From: Nitrosopumilus sp.
Lineage (GTDB): Archaea; Thermoproteota; Nitrososphaeria; Nitrososphaerales; Nitrosopumilaceae
DNA: 64,000 nucleotides
Direction of reading: 5' to 3'
NCBI GenBank assembly: GCA_965205425.1
Contig: CBDBGZ010000004.1
Location: forward strand, 224,001-288,000
Part shown: positions 60,576 through 64,000 of the stretch, piece after piece
How the letters are laid out: each line of letters starts with the position of its first letter
Numbering within the stretch: the first letter of the stretch is position 1
Notes under the pieces: generated by a model
The model's input: the letters and a program-made list of their open reading frames with translations, nothing else
Told to the model about the DNA's origin: nothing
Database searches by the model: none
Translations under genes and position numbers: made by a program

Positions 60576-61115
60576 ATGAGTAAGAATTTTTGGCATGATA
60601 TAGAATCAGGCAATGATGTTCCAGAAATAATTAATGCAATTGTAGAGATTCCCAAAGGATCTATGAACAAGTATGAATATGACAAAAAACACAATATGAT
60701 AAAATTAGACAGAGTATTGTTTTCACCATTTCACTATCCAGGAGATTATGGCCTCATCCCACAAACATTATCAGATGACGGAGATCCTCTAGATGCACTA
60801 GTATTAGTAACAAATCCAACATATCCAGGAATTCTTATCGAGGCAAGACCAATCGGATTACTTCAAATGAAAGATGATGGAAAATTAGATGACAAAATTA
60901 TTTGTGTTGCCACAAATGATCCAAGATATCTACATACTGCAGACATTACAGATATTGAAGACCACTATCGTTCTGAAATTGCCCACTTTTTCCAGGTTTA
61001 CAAAGATCTGGAAGGAAAGAAAGTGGAAATCATAGGATGGAAATCAGCTAAGGAAGCCAAAGTGGTAATTATTGAATCAATTAAAAGATACAAAGATACT
61101 CTAAAAAAATATTAG
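60576..61115 (+). CDS. ppa: Inorganic pyrophosphatase
   Basis: EIPKGS.NKYE, DGDPLD, DDKII, FFQVYKDLE. Confidence 0.97.
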   Translation: MSKNFWHDIESGNDVPEIINAIVEIPKGSMNKYEYDKKHNMIKLDRVLFSPFHYPGDYGLIPQTLSDDGDPLDALVLVTNPTYPGILIEARPIGLLQMKDDGKLDDKIICVATNDPRYLHTADITDIEDHYRSEIAHFFQVYKDLEGKKVEIIGWKSAKEAKVVIIESIKRYKDTLKKY

Positions 61116-61116
61116 C

Positions 61117-61371
61117 ATGCCAAAAGAATGCGAGCATTTCACTGAAGAGAGAGAAATTTCTCAAAATACAAAAAATTGTGAAGAATGTGAAAAAGAACAT
61201 TTACCAACAGTTGCACTTAGAATGTGTTTAACGTGTGGACATGTTGGATGTTGTGATTCATCTATTGGTAAACACGCAACAAAACATTTTGAAGAAACAG
61301 GTCATCCAGTAATGCAAGCAGTTCCAGAAAAGATTTGGAAGTGGTGTTATGTTCACAAAGAATTTTATTAA
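61117..61371 (+). CDS. UBP-type zinc-finger protein
   Basis: LRMCLTCGHVGCCDSS..KHA.KHF..TGHP. Confidence 0.92.
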   Translation: MPKECEHFTEEREISQNTKNCEECEKEHLPTVALRMCLTCGHVGCCDSSIGKHATKHFEETGHPVMQAVPEKIWKWCYVHKEFY

Positions 61372-61398
61372 TAAAAATTAAAATTTTAATTTATCATT

Positions 61399-61959
61399 CT
61401 AATCGTAAACCATTAGCCCTTTTTCTTCAAGCAATGCATGAATCTGATTGACTGAACGATGAACATCTTTTTCAAGTTTAGCACCAACACATACCAATTT
61501 TCCTGAAGCAAAAATCAAAATCACAGTTTTAGGATCAAGCATTCTATGAATCAACCCTGGGAATTGTTCTGGCTCATACATACTTCTAGGAAGAGTTCTA
61601 GCAGCTTGCTCCAAGTTTACCTTGCCTCCAAGATTTATTGAAGATACAATATTTTGAATTGAAATTATAGGATCATTTTTAATTTTGATTTTACCTTTTC
61701 GTAATATTTTTACAACTTCAAAGACAGCAGTTTCTGCCAATTCTTGTGATTTTGCACCAGTACATACCATTTTGCCTGAACCAAAGAGAAGTGTTGCAGT
61801 CTTTGGATTTTTGAGTCTAAATACAGCACCTGGGAATTGTTCTGGATGATATTCAACGGCAGGGAATTTTTTAGTGATATCTACAAGGTCTAATTTTTGT
61901 TCAATTGTAGCAGAAGCTACAACATTAACTATTGCAATTACAGGTTTTGTTTGAGTCAT
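61399..61959 (-). CDS. tbp: TATA-binding protein
   Basis: Two Y.PEQFPG repeats, NVVAS, F.SGK.VC.GAK. Confidence 0.97.
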   Translation of the reverse strand: MTQTKPVIAIVNVVASATIEQKLDLVDITKKFPAVEYHPEQFPGAVFRLKNPKTATLLFGSGKMVCTGAKSQELAETAVFEVVKILRKGKIKIKNDPIISIQNIVSSINLGGKVNLEQAARTLPRSMYEPEQFPGLIHRMLDPKTVILIFASGKLVCVGAKLEKDVHRSVNQIHALLEEKGLMVYD

Positions 61960-61963
61960 TTTC

Positions 61964-62896
61964 TTATTTTCCTCCCATCATATCCATATTTTGGTCTAAT
62001 CTCAAACCTTTGTATCTATTTCTAATTGTTACTTCAGTGACATTTGCAGCTTCTGCAATATCACGTTGAGTTTTATCCTCACTATTTTTGACACAAGATA
62101 AGTAAAGTGCTGCGGCAGCTAATCCCATAGGATCTTTTCCAGCTGATTCTTCATGTGCTTGTGCATCTTTGAGTACTTTAACAGCATAACGTTTTGTTTT
62201 TTCAGTAATTCCTATAGAGCTTGCAATTCTTGCAACACACTGAACGGGGTCAACTACAGGCATTTTCAATTCTAATTCTTGATGTAAAATTCTATAACAT
62301 CTTGAAATATCTTTTTTCTTAATATTTCCAGCATCTGAAACATCTTTGAGAGTCCTTGGAGTTTCAGTATCTCTACATGCAGCATATAATGATGCTGCAA
62401 TTAAAGCTGAAATAGAACGCCCTTTAACTAAACCTTTCTCTAATGCTTTTCTGTAAATGTAAGATGCTTTTTCAATAACTGCATCAGATAATGAAAGTTT
62501 ATCTTTTAATGTAGATAATTCGCTCAATGCTTGTCTGAGATTTTTATCAGAAGATGCATTAACTTTACTTCTACTATCCCAAGTTCTCAATCTTTCGATA
62601 GTACTCTTCATAGTAGATGTGAGTGGTTTTCCAGAAGAGTCTTTGTTCATTGGACTGATAATAGTTGCAAGACCTCTATCATGCATTGCTAGTGATGTAG
62701 GAGCTCCAGTTCTTGTTGGATCTGCTCCACCTTCTTTTGAAAATGATCTCCATTCAGGGCCGGAATCTTGCAATGTTTCAGTAATTACATATCCACATTT
62801 TCCACAGAATCTCTCTCCTGTAACATTATCAGTCAACATGGAATTTTTTCCACAACGACCACAGGTAGAATCGGCGTTAATAATTTCTAAAACCAT
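61964..62896 (-). CDS. tfb: Transcription initiation factor IIB
   Basis: Zn ribbon, GPEWRSF, GKDPMGLAAA, VTEVTIRNRY. Confidence 0.97.
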   Translation of the reverse strand: MVLEIINADSTCGRCGKNSMLTDNVTGERFCGKCGYVITETLQDSGPEWRSFSKEGGADPTRTGAPTSLAMHDRGLATIISPMNKDSSGKPLTSTMKSTIERLRTWDSRSKVNASSDKNLRQALSELSTLKDKLSLSDAVIEKASYIYRKALEKGLVKGRSISALIAASLYAACRDTETPRTLKDVSDAGNIKKKDISRCYRILHQELELKMPVVDPVQCVARIASSIGITEKTKRYAVKVLKDAQAHEESAGKDPMGLAAAALYLSCVKNSEDKTQRDIAEAANVTEVTIRNRYKGLRLDQNMDMMGGK

Positions 62897-63152
62897 AAGT
62901 AATACGTATTTTATGCTATTGATTTCCTATATAAACGACTTTTTACAGATTTTTTCAAGGATTTTTTTCAAGCCTATTTTGATGACCAAATTTGGTAAGA
63001 ATTGAGAATTTGCCCAAAATTCATCAAAAATGAATAAAATTTGAATTTCTAGGTTTCCAGCATTTACAATTTAACACAAGAAATAGTGAAAAATATGACA
63101 TATACTAAAAATGGATATTGATTTTTTAGTAGTTGTAAAACAATGAAATCAT

Positions 63153-64000
63153 ATGGTAGGATATCAGATTGATAAATGGGATCTTTCGGAACTAGCAAAA
63201 AATCCAAAAAGTCAAGCATTTCAAAAACAAATTCAAGAATTAGAAAAACAAGCAGTAAAGTTTGAAAAAATTAAATCAAAACTAAATCCTAAAATGTCAT
63301 CCAAACAATTTATGAATATTCTCAATCAAGTTGAAGAAATTTCAGAAAATATGAGCAAGATTGGAGGGTATGCATCATTGGCATATTCATCAGATACACA
63401 ATCAGATGAAGCAACATCTCTAATGACAAAAATGTCAAAATTAGGTTCAGAGATTTCAAACAAGATTTTATTTTTTGATTTGTGGTGGAAGACACAAGTT
63501 GATGATAAAAATGCAAAAAGACTCATGAAAGATACAGGTGAAATTAAAGAGTATCTATCACACAAAAGACTATTTGCAAAATATGCTCTTAGTGAACCTG
63601 AAGAGCGAATTATAAACACATTAGATGTAACTGGAATTTCGGCACTTGTCAAACTGTATGACAAAATTACTAATTCTTTTGAATATAAAATGAAAATTGG
63701 AAGTAAATCTAAAATTATGACCAGAGAAGAACTTACAAATTATGTGAGAAGTACAAATCCAAAAATTCGAGAAACAGCATACAAAACAATTCTTTCAAAA
63801 TATTCTGAAAATAAAGGAGTAGTTGGAGAAATTTATCAAAACATTGTTCTTAATTGGAAAGATGAAGGTATTGAAATTCGAAATTACAAATCTCCAATAT
63901 CTATGAGAAATATTGGGAATGATGTGGATGATAAAACTATAGACTCCTTACTCTCAGTTTGTAAGAAGAATTCCCCCGTTTTTCAGAAATTTTTCACTCA
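63153..64000 (+). CDS. pepF: M3B oligoendopeptidase F, 3' end outside the window
   Basis: Frame MVGYQIDKWDLSEL...KYALSEPEERIINTL... appears open to the window end; HEXXH not reached. Confidence 0.8.
   Translation, partial: MVGYQIDKWDLSELAKNPKSQAFQKQIQELEKQAVKFEKIKSKLNPKMSSKQFMNILNQVEEISENMSKIGGYASLAYSSDTQSDEATSLMTKMSKLGSEISNKILFFDLWWKTQVDDKNAKRLMKDTGEIKEYLSHKRLFAKYALSEPEERIINTLDVTGISALVKLYDKITNSFEYKMKIGSKSKIMTREELTNYVRSTNPKIRETAYKTILSKYSENKGVVGEIYQNIVLNWKDEGIEIRNYKSPISMRNIGNDVDDKTIDSLLSVCKKNSPVFQKFFT

Noticed and set aside
63322..63664. Minus-strand ORFs
   Set aside because: Antisense to the pepF frame running off the window.

Overview
An AT-rich archaeal window whose gene set (TFB/TBP, intron-containing tRNA-Leu, IPSWIKNNAGWW-repeat protein, SbtAB) points to a Nitrosopumilus-like ammonia-oxidising archaeon (inference). 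The backbone carries SUF Fe-S genes split into sufC and sufBD-Rieske-sufS-sufU, tetrapyrrole genes (hemABCDL, cobA, sirC, fused ahbAB, a ChdC/Cld-family gene), pgk, arsenic/bicarbonate/phosphate genes, an ABC exporter, two tRNAs, ppa, tbp, tfb and a partial pepF. About 16 kb (about 25%) is insertion sequence: at least six IS types and two MITEs, heavily nested, with most ends and target duplications resolvable by eye. The best candidate for an undescribed system is a secreted protein with three tandem Hcp/tail-tube-like domains (43065-44672) beside a secreted NHL-HYR-RTX protein, with no other injection-system genes present. Other leads are a metallothionein-like 47-aa peptide below the ORF-track cut-off and a shared DtxR-like box upstream of both halves of the split suf operon. 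All family calls come from motif recognition; no searches were run.
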